From contig JAUWYR010000005.1 in NCBI GenBank assembly GCA_030615745.1, forward strand, positions 5,703 to 69,702: a DNA stretch of 64,000 bases, given 5' to 3'. The stretch's first letter is position 1. The number at the start of each line of letters is the position of its first letter. The notes under the pieces are model-generated. The model was not told where the DNA came from, did no database searches, and saw only the letters and a program-made list of their open reading frames with translations. The stretch is from Candidatus Zixiibacteriota bacterium. GTDB taxonomy: Bacteria; Zixibacteria; MSB-5A5; SM23-73-2. The translations under genes were made by a program, and so were the position numbers. Shown piece by piece: positions 9,976 to 18,444 of the stretch.

Positions 9976-10135
9976 AGATAAATTTTGGGCTTGTTTTTTT
10001 TAAAGCTCCAATTCGTCTTCTCTGTTCAGGTTATTTTTATCATATGAAGGAACCTTCCCTGTTTCTCTGAAGAAACCTCTTCTTACTCTACTATGATGTC
10101 TGTATATCCTCATCCTTTTTAAATCTCTTTTGGAT

Positions 10136-10166
10136 AAAGGGGAGGGGATAACCCTCCCCTTTTTTA
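10136..10166 (-). terminator. Hairpin plus T-run terminator downstream of the DUF5320 gene
   Basis: ggggagggg ataa ccctcccc perfect hairpin flanked by A/T runs, directly 3' of the 10164 stop. Confidence 0.5.
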
Positions 10167-10547
10167 TTTCTTGGTCTTTTTCTCTGATTCAAGCTCTTGA
10201 ATGCGCCTGTTTATCTCCTCAACTTCCTTCTGTAACAGATCTGCTTGATCTTTTAGAAACTGAGCCTCGTCCTGAGCGCTTTGTGGCTCTCCATAGTAAG
10301 GTGGAGGCCCACTGTAAGGTGGAGACCCACTATAAGGAGAAGCAAAAGGCGCATATCCATATCCTGGCAATCCAAAAGGATAATACCCTCGCCTGAATCC
10401 AAAACCTCTACCTCTGCCGCGCCCCCGTCCAAATCCCCCAACCCAGGGATTGGCAAATCCGGGGACAGGAAAGCCAGCACAAAAGCCAGCTCCCCTTCCT
10501 GTCATAGGTCCTAATCCCATAGGACCTATTCTGTCACCCCACGGCAT
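10164..10547 (-). CDS. DUF5320-type protein (MPWGDRIGPMGLGPMTGRGAG N-terminus; Gly/Pro/Tyr-rich low-complexity middle; C-terminal coiled coil)
   Basis: N-terminal signature, a YGYAPFASPYSGSPPYSGPPPYYG tract, and the LLQKEVEEINRRIQELESEKK heptad region. Confidence 0.6.
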   Translation of the reverse strand: MPWGDRIGPMGLGPMTGRGAGFCAGFPVPGFANPWVGGFGRGRGRGRGFGFRRGYYPFGLPGYGYAPFASPYSGSPPYSGPPPYYGEPQSAQDEAQFLKDQADLLQKEVEEINRRIQELESEKKTKK

Positions 10548-10611
10548 ATCTTACACCTCCTTTCAAGGTTTAAAAACTCTCTTTTTTCAACATACCAAAT
10601 ATCTCAAGGAG

Positions 10612-11004
10612 TCAATCGTGTTGATCTTCAGGGTGATCACATTCGCTTTTCTCGATTCCATATCCTCTGCCTGAGCCTGGTTTACAAAGGCTTTCTCCAG
10701 ATTTCAGATTTCCTCTAACTAATTTATCAATCACTTCATCTATTTTTCCGGTAACTCCAACGATGGTTTCAATTCCCACCTCAGCAAAAAGTGCAGTGGC
10801 TCGCCTACCCATTCCACCTGCGATAATACAGTTTACACCCTTTTCAGAAAGAAATTGTGGCAAAAACGCAGGCTGGTGACCTGGATTTTCAACTATTTCT
10901 TTTTTCAGCACTTTCTCTTCTTCGATTTCTACAATGGTAAAACAAGGACAGCGCCCAAAATGCGAAGATACATAATCACCATCAGATGAGATTGCTACTT
11001 TCAT
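10612..11004 (-). CDS. NifX/NifB-C-terminal-like dinitrogenase FeMo-cofactor-binding domain protein
   Basis: MKVAISSDGDYVSSHFGRCPCFTIVE start and ...CIIAGGMGRRA, typical of PF02579. Confidence 0.75.
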   Translation of the reverse strand: MKVAISSDGDYVSSHFGRCPCFTIVEIEEEKVLKKEIVENPGHQPAFLPQFLSEKGVNCIIAGGMGRRATALFAEVGIETIVGVTGKIDEVIDKLVRGNLKSGESLCKPGSGRGYGIEKSECDHPEDQHD

Positions 11005-11384
11005 TTTTGGTCTCCTTTCTCTCCCAATCCAAAATGACGTGGCACAGAAAAAGTGGAATATTCTTTCAATTCACCATTTTTATACTTTTCCAATGCGTCT
11101 TTTACTGTTCTGGTTGCACCTCCAAATATCTTTATATCTGCTGTCTTAAGTGTTTGAAAAGCATTAGGACCAACATTACCAGTGACCACCACCTCTACTC
11201 CCTTATCCACTATCGTCTGTGCTGCCTGAATTCCAGCACCTCCCATAGCCTCTAAGGCTGGATTAGGTAAAGCTTCAAACTTCTCAGTCTCAGAATCGAT
11301 AAAAAGAAAATAAGAACATCTTCCAAAACGAGGGTCTACTAAGGAACTCAAGTTTTCTCCTTGAGATGAGATTGCTATCTTCAT
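11001..11384 (-). CDS. NifX/NifB-C-terminal-like domain protein (paralogue)
   Basis: MKIAISSQGENLSSLVDPRFGRCSYFLFID. The start was moved to the MKIAIS methionine; the ORF track gives 11414. Confidence 0.7.
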   Translation of the reverse strand: MKIAISSQGENLSSLVDPRFGRCSYFLFIDSETEKFEALPNPALEAMGGAGIQAAQTIVDKGVEVVVTGNVGPNAFQTLKTADIKIFGGATRTVKDALEKYKNGELKEYSTFSVPRHFGLGEKGDQK

Positions 11385-11426
11385 AAAAATTCCTTTCTTT
11401 ATGGGGAAAAGCAAAATCTCCCCATT

Positions 11427-11837
11427 TTACTTTTTCTCTTTTTTTCCTTCTTTCTCAAGCTCTTTTATCCGAGCTCTAATTCCCTCCATCTCCTCTTCCA
11501 GAGCTGAAAGCTCATCTCCTAAAATCTCCTTCTCCTCCTCAACAGTTGGTTGAGGATAGGCTGGTGGATAACCATAAGGGTCTGGTGGATAACCGTAAGG
11601 AGAAGGAGGATAGGGTGGGGCATAGGGTAGATACCCAAAAACCCTTGCTCTCCACATCCAACCTCTGCCTCCACCAAATGTGCGACCTCTTCCACCACCT
11701 CTTGGAAAACCACCTCTCCCTGCTCCAAACCCGCCATATCCAAAAGCAGGATAATCAGGATAATAGGGTTCAGACCTTTTGCTTTTCGGGTCTTTCCCAG
11801 AAGGATAAGTTTTTTTGCCTTTTGGCATATTATTCAC
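11427..11837 (-). CDS. Gly/Pro/Tyr-rich low-complexity protein with C-terminal coiled coil (divergent DUF5320-like)
   Basis: Same composition and architecture as 10164..10547 ([16 protein letters not shown] tract plus [25 protein letters not shown]). Confidence 0.5.
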   Translation of the reverse strand: MNNMPKGKKTYPSGKDPKSKRSEPYYPDYPAFGYGGFGAGRGGFPRGGGRGRTFGGGRGWMWRARVFGYLPYAPPYPPSPYGYPPDPYGYPPAYPQPTVEEEKEILGDELSALEEEMEGIRARIKELEKEGKKEKK

Positions 11838-12624
11838 CTCCTTTTTGTTCTAAACTTTTAGGTGTTAAAACTTTTATAATCTTCTCAAGTATCTCTATTA
11901 AAATCTTTGATGCCTGGGTTTCAGGATAATCACCGAGCAAAGGTTTTCCCTCATCACCTGATATCACTATTTCAGGTTCCAAAGGAATCTTCCCTAAAAA
12001 GGGAATTCCCATCTGTTCTGCTGCTTTTTCACCCCCACCAGTTTTAAAAAGGTCTGTTCTTTTTCCACAATGAGGACACACAAAACCGCTCATATTTTCC
12101 ACAATACCCAAGACTGGGACCCGAAGCTTTTTGGCGAAATTCACTGCTTTTCGCGAATCCAATAAAGCGATTTCCTGAGGCGTCGTTACAATGATAACTC
12201 CATCCAAGCCCTTAATCAGTTGAGTAATAGATAAAGGCTCATCTCCGGTTCCAGGTGGAGAATCGATTATCAGAAAATCTAAATCTCCCCATTCCACATC
12301 TTCCAAAAACTGTTTGATCGCGCCCATCTTAAGTGGACCTCGCCATATCACCGGAGATTCTTTGTCCTCCAAAAGAAATCCCATCGACACAACTCTTAAA
12401 TTAGCTAAAAAGAAGACCGGCTGGATTTTTCCCTCAGAGCCGGTCAAAACTTGATTTTCAAGCCTCAGCATCTTGGGAATATTAGGACCGTGGATATCAA
12501 CATCTAAAAGCCCGACTTTAAAATTCTTTTTAGCCAATCCTACTGCCAAGTTAACAGAAACTGTGCTTTTACCAACCCCTCCTTTATTGCTCATAACTAA
12601 AATCTTACGTTTTATTTTTTGCAT
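11830..12624 (-). CDS. apbC: Mrp/NBP35/ApbC-family Fe-S cluster carrier ATPase
   Basis: GKGGVGKST Walker A motif and the CPHCG motif of ApbC/Mrp. Confidence 0.85.
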   Translation of the reverse strand: MQKIKRKILVMSNKGGVGKSTVSVNLAVGLAKKNFKVGLLDVDIHGPNIPKMLRLENQVLTGSEGKIQPVFFLANLRVVSMGFLLEDKESPVIWRGPLKMGAIKQFLEDVEWGDLDFLIIDSPPGTGDEPLSITQLIKGLDGVIIVTTPQEIALLDSRKAVNFAKKLRVPVLGIVENMSGFVCPHCGKRTDLFKTGGGEKAAEQMGIPFLGKIPLEPEIVISGDEGKPLLGDYPETQASKILIEILEKIIKVLTPKSLEQKGGE

Positions 12625-12647
12625 GGGTTTTTTCCTTTATTTTTTTA

Positions 12648-13115
12648 CTAAAACCTAAGGCTTTGTCCAAATCCACCTCTTCCACCACCTCCCTCTGCCC
12701 AACCTCTCTTTTTTTTTGCCCTGTGAATATTCACACCTTGACAGAATGGACAAAGGGGAGGTCTTTTTGTTCCATAGGGTAGCTCCCAGCTATTTCCACA
12801 ATCATAACACACATATCTTTTCAATGCTATGACAAAATCACCTCCTTCTATTCTTATGGCTTTACCGTTGGTTATCGCATCAGCAATTTTTTTCCTTGCA
12901 GAAGTCAGGACCCTTCCAAAAGTCTGACGGGAGACCTTCATCCTTTCTGCCGCCTTTTCTTGCTCTAATCCTAAAGAATCTTTTAATCTTATCGCCTCAT
13001 GTTCCTCCACAGTGAGAATGACCTCAGCCAATTGGGCTAAAGGAATTCCTCTCGGCTTAAAATATGTAACATTGGGCACCGCCCTCACCCAGCGAAATCT
13101 TCTTGGTCTCGGCAT
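12648..13115 (-). CDS. DUF134/UPF0251-family putative DNA-binding regulator with C-terminal zinc ribbon
   Basis: MPRPRRFRWV...YFKPRG signature N-terminus, a sigma70-region-4-like HTH, and a CYDCG...CPFCQG ribbon. Confidence 0.7.
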   Translation of the reverse strand: MPRPRRFRWVRAVPNVTYFKPRGIPLAQLAEVILTVEEHEAIRLKDSLGLEQEKAAERMKVSRQTFGRVLTSARKKIADAITNGKAIRIEGGDFVIALKRYVCYDCGNSWELPYGTKRPPLCPFCQGVNIHRAKKKRGWAEGGGGRGGFGQSLRF

Positions 13116-13398
13116 AAAACTCAGCCTCCAAAGTTATGAGCATATGCTCATAACTAAATACGGAAACAAATCTAATCTCTTAACATTTTTTTAATTTTTT
13201 ATTCTAAAAATATTCAAAAAAGACATCGAAAAGCAATTAGAGATAAAGCTATGCAATAGGTAAGCATAATTAGTCATTTTGCCTTGATTTTAGGATGCTT
13301 CTGGAATAGAAAAATCGTAGCGCAAGGCTTTAGCCTTGCACAAATTACAGACTGTAGGAACAACCCTTGTGACTGTCATCTATAATATAAGGTATCCT

Positions 13399-13468
13399 GC
13401 GTTTAACTTCATCTTACCAAGAGGTTAAAAAAATTACTTGATTTTTAAGAGGGAATAGGATAAAATAA
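13399..13468 (+). promoter_or_regulatory. Promoter-like direct repeat A1 (TTGATT - 17 bp - TAAAAT)
   Basis: cgtttaacttcatcttaccaagaggttaaaaaaattacttgatttttaagagggaataggataaaat. Near-identical copies lie at 16115-16166 and 17580-17647. Confidence 0.5.
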
Positions 13469-13551
13469 ATCAGTAGGACAGATTTAAAATCTGTCTTACT
13501 GAAAGAAGGTATATAAAATAGAATTCGTAATTATCCTAAGGAGGAATCATT

Positions 13552-14151
13552 ATGAAAAAGAAATTCGACCAGGTGTTCCAGTTTAAGATTACGCTGAAGG
13601 ATACTAAACCTCCGGTTTGGCGACGAATCCAGGTCCCGGAAACCTATACGTTTTGGGATCTACATGTTGCCATTCAGGACGCTATGGGCTGGTCAGATTA
13701 TCATCTCCATCGTTTTGAAATAGTCAATCCTTCTACCGGGATGGAAATTGAGATAGGTTTACCAGATGAAGAATTTAATTTTGGGAGAGAAATTCTTTCG
13801 AATTAGAAAGAAAAAATAGAAGACTATTTTTCTATGGAAAATAGATTGGCAGATTAGACATATGATTTTGGCGATAACTGGGAACACTCAATGAAATTGG
13901 AAAAGATAATCCCTCGAGAAAAAAATACAGCCTACCCGAGATGTATCGCTGGAAAACGAGCATGTCCACCTGAAGATTGCGAAGGAATTAGGAGTTACCA
14001 GCGATTGTTAGAGATCATAAGGGATAAAAATCATGAAGAGCACGAACGTATGATGGAATGGCTTGGTGGAGAGTTTGACCCGGAATATTTTGATCCAGCG
14101 AAAGTCGATTTCAATGACCCCGATACTCGTCGAAAAATTGCTTTTGGATAG
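13552..14151 (+). pseudogene. pRiA4b ORF-3-like (PRiA4_ORF3) gene interrupted by two in-frame TAG codons
   Basis: ORFs 13552..13806 and 13891..14151 are in the same frame. Read-through restores the family motifs LKDTKPPVWRRIQVP...YTYDFGDNWEH...CPPEDCEG. The stops are at 13804-13806 and about 13864-13866. Confidence 0.6.
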
Positions 14152-14260
14152 AAGAGGCACATCGCCTAAAAACGAGGCCTGTTAAAAAACCTCCTAAATG
14201 GATTTATAGTTGCTTTTTTGCTAAAGCCGGGCGAAATGGTCGACATTTCGTTGTTCATTC

Positions 14261-14352
14261 GGGAATTGGCCTGTCCGGCCAGGAAATTCCCGAATGTCAT
14301 GAGGTGCAGGAGATCCCCGGAACGGGTCTTGACGACAATTCCCGCACCAACT
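14261..14352. repeat. REP/MITE-like structured repeat, family B copy 1
   Basis: Core ggaaatccccggaacgggtcttgacgacaattcccgcaccaact. Copies lie at 20465-20535, 28993-29080 and 31715-31795 (inverted). Confidence 0.7.
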
Positions 14353-14419
14353 CTTAAACGGTTCGTCAAGTGGTCTGCGACACACTTGACCTACAAAGGT
14401 TTTTGCTTCTTAAAGGTTA

Positions 14420-15289
14420 ATGAAACAAAAATCAACTTTTCTTTTCCTCCTACCTTGGATTTTAATCCTTTCCCTGTTCTGGCTTTTTCCTATCATCTAT
14501 TCTCTGATCTTAAGCTTTACCAGATATTCTGTTTTGACCGGCGAAGCATCCTGGATAGGCTTTTCAAATTATCTTGAGCTTTTTAAAGACCCTGATTTCT
14601 GGACAGCTTTAAAAAACACCACATTCTTTGTGGTGGGGACAATTCCTTTCACCACCTTTTTTGCCTTGCTCTTGGCAGTTTTGATCAATCAAAAAATTCC
14701 TCTGAAAGGTCTTTTTCGAGCAGGATTTTTTCTGCCATCTATCACCTCCATGGTTGTGGTTGCGTTGATTTTCACCAACCTTTATGCAAAAGATGGATAC
14801 ATAAACTTCTTATTCCAATTAATAGGATTACCCACCCCGGAAAAAGGATGGCTTCTATCCGAAAAGACCGCACTTTTATCCATTATGGCTATGGATGTGT
14901 GGATGGCAACTGGTTTTTATATGCTTTTGTTTTTAGCAGGCTTGCAGGCAATTCCTGAGGAGCTCTATCAGATATCAGATATATTCGGAGCATCGTTTTT
15001 TCAAAAGCTTGTGCACATCGTTCTGCCATATATAAGACCAATGATGCTTTTTGTGATTCTTTTAAACACCATAAAATCCTTTCAAATATTCGTGGAGATA
15101 TTTGTGATGACCAAAGGGGGACCCCTAAATTCAACTTTAACTATGGTTTATATGGTCTATGATACCGGATTGCACAAATTCAGGATGGGATATGCCTCAG
15201 CTATAGCCTATGCTTTGTTCTTTATAATCTTTTCCTTTTCTTTTTTGCAGATGAAGCTTTTCAGGGTGGGAAAGGCAATAGGTGAATAG
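14420..15289 (+). CDS. ABC transporter permease (MalF/UgpA-type carbohydrate uptake family)
   Basis: Six TM segments and the EAA-loop region. Its TAG stop directly abuts the next permease's ATG. Confidence 0.8.
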   Translation: MKQKSTFLFLLPWILILSLFWLFPIIYSLILSFTRYSVLTGEASWIGFSNYLELFKDPDFWTALKNTTFFVVGTIPFTTFFALLLAVLINQKIPLKGLFRAGFFLPSITSMVVVALIFTNLYAKDGYINFLFQLIGLPTPEKGWLLSEKTALLSIMAMDVWMATGFYMLLFLAGLQAIPEELYQISDIFGASFFQKLVHIVLPYIRPMMLFVILLNTIKSFQIFVEIFVMTKGGPLNSTLTMVYMVYDTGLHKFRMGYASAIAYALFFIIFSFSFLQMKLFRVGKAIGE

Positions 15290-16108
15290 ATGTCAAAAAT
15301 ACAAAGAATTATAATATTTGTAATCTTATTGATGTTATTAGCTGGAATGCTTTTCCCTATGTACTGGATGATAAAAACTTCTTTTACCCAAAAGGCTGGC
15401 TATGTTGTGGATTTAAAAAACCTTTCCCCTTGGCCCTTGACTCTAAGAAACTACAAAGACCTCTGGATGTGGGGACCTTTCTTAAGATATTTTCTTAATA
15501 GTCTATTAGTAGCTGTTTTGGTTACCCTGGGAAACTTAATTTTCTGTTTAATGGTGGGATATGCATTTGCCAGAAGAAGGTTTTTTTTGAAAAACCTCCT
15601 TTTTTTGTCCGTTATCTTCGTGATAATGATACCCGCACATATAATAATCATCCCACTTTTTCTTCTTATCAAGTTTTTTGGATGGTATGATACTTACTTA
15701 GCTTTAATTTTGCCATGGCTTGTTACTCCTTTAGGTGTATTTTTGATGAGGCAATATATCGAATCTTTGCCAAAAGATTTAGAGGATGCCGCAAGAATTG
15801 ACGGGGCAGGCGATTTCAAGATACTTTTCTCAATCGTTATGCCCTTGTGTAAGCCTGCCTTAGCAGTATTAGGTATTCAGGTTTTTCTTGTCAACTGGAA
15901 CTCATTTTTATTTCCATTTATTCTAACCTCCTCTCAGAAGATGAGAACCCTGCCTGTGGCATTAGCCCTGTATCAGGGATACCAGACAATCGATTGGCCC
16001 CACCTAATGTCAGCATCAACAATTTCAGCCTTACCTGTGATTATCTTATTTTTATTTTTCCAGCGCCAGATAATCTCAGGATTAACCGCTGGTGCATTAA
16101 AAAAATAA
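15290..16108 (+). CDS. ABC transporter permease (MalG/UgpE type)
   Basis: EAA motif LEDAARIDGAGDFKILFSIVMPLCKPAL. Confidence 0.8.
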   Translation: MSKIQRIIIFVILLMLLAGMLFPMYWMIKTSFTQKAGYVVDLKNLSPWPLTLRNYKDLWMWGPFLRYFLNSLLVAVLVTLGNLIFCLMVGYAFARRRFFLKNLLFLSVIFVIMIPAHIIIIPLFLLIKFFGWYDTYLALILPWLVTPLGVFLMRQYIESLPKDLEDAARIDGAGDFKILFSIVMPLCKPALAVLGIQVFLVNWNSFLFPFILTSSQKMRTLPVALALYQGYQTIDWPHLMSASTISALPVIILFLFFQRQIISGLTAGALKK

Positions 16109-16114
16109 GAAGTC

Positions 16115-16166
16115 ATCAAGAGGTTAAAAAAAATCACTTGATTTTTGGGAGGGAATGAGGTAAAAC
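16115..16166 (+). promoter_or_regulatory. Promoter-like direct repeat A2
   Basis: aggttaaaaaaaatcacttgatttttgggagggaatgaggtaaaac. Same element as A1 and A3; here it points into the 3' end of the minus-strand TA module. Confidence 0.4.
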
Positions 16167-16249
16167 AGAGAGAAGAGAAAGATATACCCACGATACTTAG
16201 AATATGACACCAGTTTGGAGAAAAAACGAAAGTTATCTCTTTTTTATTT

Positions 16250-16624
16250 TTATCCTTTGTAATGTCTTAATATTCTGTTTCTATCCTCACTTTCCTTATC
16301 ACCCTTGTAATAAATTTCAATTAACTCAATTTTATCCTCTTCTTCAAAATAAGCATAAATTACCCTGATACCAGACTGAACCCCCTTTCCCTTAAGGGAG
16401 CGACACGCAAATTTCAAGCCTTTATAGATTTTGGGGTTTTCAATTTGTAAATCTGAAATTTGAACTACGCCTTTATTATCAATCCCTAATTTATGATAAA
16501 GATTAAGCTGGTTTTTAATAAACGTTTTTAAGTCATCTTCAAGTGTTTTAAATCTTTTGAGAAGTTTTTTAAGGTCCTTCTCAAATTCAGGGAGGCGAGA
16601 AACTTCACGAAATATCTTCATCAT
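16250..16624 (-). CDS. RelE/ParE-superfamily (HigB-like) toxin
   Basis: About 124 aa. FEKDLKKL and GIRVIYAYFEEEDKIELIEIYYKGDKE resemble the RelE/ParE core. It overlaps the upstream antitoxin gene by 20 nt. Confidence 0.5.
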   Translation of the reverse strand: MMKIFREVSRLPEFEKDLKKLLKRFKTLEDDLKTFIKNQLNLYHKLGIDNKGVVQISDLQIENPKIYKGLKFACRSLKGKGVQSGIRVIYAYFEEEDKIELIEIYYKGDKESEDRNRILRHYKG

Positions 16625-17393
16625 ATTGTCTTACTGAATAGGCAGAGGTTCGGTAAAAAACAGACTCATATTCGATAATTTCACCATCTCCTGTTGTCAA
16701 CCAGGGAACGTCATTGTGGGAATAATCACTTATTTCAGTCGCATTCTTATCAGAAACTTTATTCAAAACATCATCAATTACCTTAATTTCGTTAGCCTTT
16801 AATTTAGAAAGGTCTGCCTCTCTCAAAGGTAAGTATTTGGTTTGCGGATAGTTGAAATAGGTACTTTCAACTTTTTCTACGTCCTTATCCTTCATTTTCT
16901 CAATTATTTTTTTGAATTCTATGGGGGTTGGTCCATATTTGTTCTTAATATAAGTTGCACCGATCAATTGCTCCTCATATTTTTCATAGTAATCAAAATC
17001 AATGAAATAGAGAAGCTTATAGATTACAGTCTCTCCAATATGAGGCTTTGAGCCAACTTTACTAAGAATGTAAAGTAAAACCTCTTTGAATTTCTCCAAA
17101 TTTTTTTGAGGGACATTAATCCTAATTTGAGGCTTTCTTTTTCTTTCTTTCTTACCTTTCTTTAAAATAACCTCAGGTTCCTTTTCCAATTCCAGTAAAG
17201 TGTCTACATCAAGATTAAATATCTTTGATAGTTTTATTAGTTCACCAGCCGAAATTTTCCTTTCTCCTTTCTCTATTTGAGATACTGCCGGGCGTGAAAT
17301 TCTTAACCTCTGAGCAAGCTTATCCTGAGTAATTCCAGTTTGCTCCCTCAAATTTTTTATTCTTTGACCAAGTTTTTTATCAATTTCACTCAT
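16605..17393 (-). CDS. HTH(XRE)-Panacea (DUF4065) antitoxin, PanA-like
   Basis: N-terminal XRE helix-turn-helix (QDKLAQRLRISRPAVSQIEKGER) and a C-terminal DUF4065/Panacea-like region (VIYKLLYFIDFDYY...YIKNKYGPTPIEF). Confidence 0.6.
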   Translation of the reverse strand: MSEIDKKLGQRIKNLREQTGITQDKLAQRLRISRPAVSQIEKGERKISAGELIKLSKIFNLDVDTLLELEKEPEVILKKGKKERKRKPQIRINVPQKNLEKFKEVLLYILSKVGSKPHIGETVIYKLLYFIDFDYYEKYEEQLIGATYIKNKYGPTPIEFKKIIEKMKDKDVEKVESTYFNYPQTKYLPLREADLSKLKANEIKVIDDVLNKVSDKNATEISDYSHNDVPWLTTGDGEIIEYESVFYRTSAYSVRQYDEDIS

Positions 17394-17579
17394 AGCTTTC
17401 TCCTTTTTTAATCTCTTTTAGTATTATACGTGGATGTAAGATATTTTATCAAGAGAATGTTTGATTTTTTTACATCCTATTTTCCAATCCACATCTAAGC
17501 ATTCCTTTCTTGCCCGGTCAGATTTTCGGAAATCTATTTAGACTTTTCCTAAAATGTATAAGGGTTAATAAGTTGCTCT

Positions 17580-17647
17580 TGTTTAACTTCGTCTTTCCAA
17601 AAGGTTAAAAAAATCACTTGATTTTTGGGAGGGAATGGGATAAAATA
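17580..17647 (+). promoter_or_regulatory. Promoter-like direct repeat A3 upstream of the R-M cassette
   Basis: TTGATT (17618-17623), a 17-bp spacer, TAAAAT (17641-17646), about 170 bp upstream of the REase start. Confidence 0.5.
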
Positions 17648-17670
17648 GAGTGGATTAATTTGAAGAAACT

Positions 17671-17713
17671 AAAGAATGATTAAAAGGCTTGCAAGAAAAG
17701 ATATTTATCCGAA
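17671..17713 (+). repeat. 43-bp direct repeat (left) flanking the R-M cassette, with adjacent perfect hairpin
   Basis: aaagaatgattaaaaggcttgcaagaaaagatatttatccgaa is identical except for 2 nt to 19369-19411, which is the 3' end of the MTase gene. It is followed by the tatccgaacttgttcggata palindrome. Confidence 0.8.
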
Positions 17714-17811
17714 CTTGTTCGGATATCCACCCAGATTGGAAATATATCCGACACTTTGGATATGAATGGGTAATATGCCATTTTGCCTGTAAAGAAATGG
17801 ATGAATAAATA

Positions 17812-18444
17812 ATGTCCAGCAGATTGATAGAAATATTTGAAGATGAAAAACTTGTAGAGAAAATCAAAAGACGCTTGCCTTATCTATTTCAGCTTGCAGA
17901 ATTAGAGAGTTCAAGAGCAGGTAAAATCGGAATGGAGGTGGGTTCGGTTCGTGAAAGGATAATAGTTGCTCTGCTTATTTATAAATTTGGTGAAGCAAAT
18001 GTGGAGACTGAGATTCCTATAACTGAGCCAGAGGTGGATGCAAAATTATTTGAAGCACCGGTATCCATTAAGACGATTACAGGTAAAGGTTTTAGTGGAG
18101 TCAAAATTATATGGACTGTTGATGCTCAAAAAGCAAAAGAATTTCGGGGAAATTATTATCCTAAGTGTGATATTTTGCTTATACAAATCAACTGGAATGA
18201 CATTGGTGGATTTTATTATATCCCATTAGAAGTTCAGAAAGGACTTTTTGATAAAATAGGTAGACAAAATTATATTAAACTTCCTAAACCTGGGACAAAT
18301 CCCAGAGGCGTTGAAATTACTAAAGAAGCACTGTTAAGTTTAGTTAAAGATATCGAGTCCAAGAGTATTAGAATAAATTGGCAAAGGACAAGAATAGATC
18401 TCAACCCATATAAAAGGTGGGTTGACCTCTGGAGGGAGGATTGA
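17812..18444 (+). CDS. Putative Type II restriction endonuclease
   Basis: A 210-aa ORF immediately upstream of a beta-class MTase and overlapping it by 23 nt. A possible PD-(D/E)xK-like EPEVDAK segment is present. Assigned by context only. Confidence 0.4.
   Translation: MSSRLIEIFEDEKLVEKIKRRLPYLFQLAELESSRAGKIGMEVGSVRERIIVALLIYKFGEANVETEIPITEPEVDAKLFEAPVSIKTITGKGFSGVKIIWTVDAQKAKEFRGNYYPKCDILLIQINWNDIGGFYYIPLEVQKGLFDKIGRQNYIKLPKPGTNPRGVEITKEALLSLVKDIESKSIRINWQRTRIDLNPYKRWVDLWRED

Noticed and set aside
13804-13866. Amber (TAG) codon reassignment suggested by two in-frame TAGs in a conserved gene
   Set aside because: TAG is used as a genuine stop elsewhere in the window, for example ending the permease gene at 15287-15289 directly before the next start codon. 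A pseudogene is the simpler explanation.
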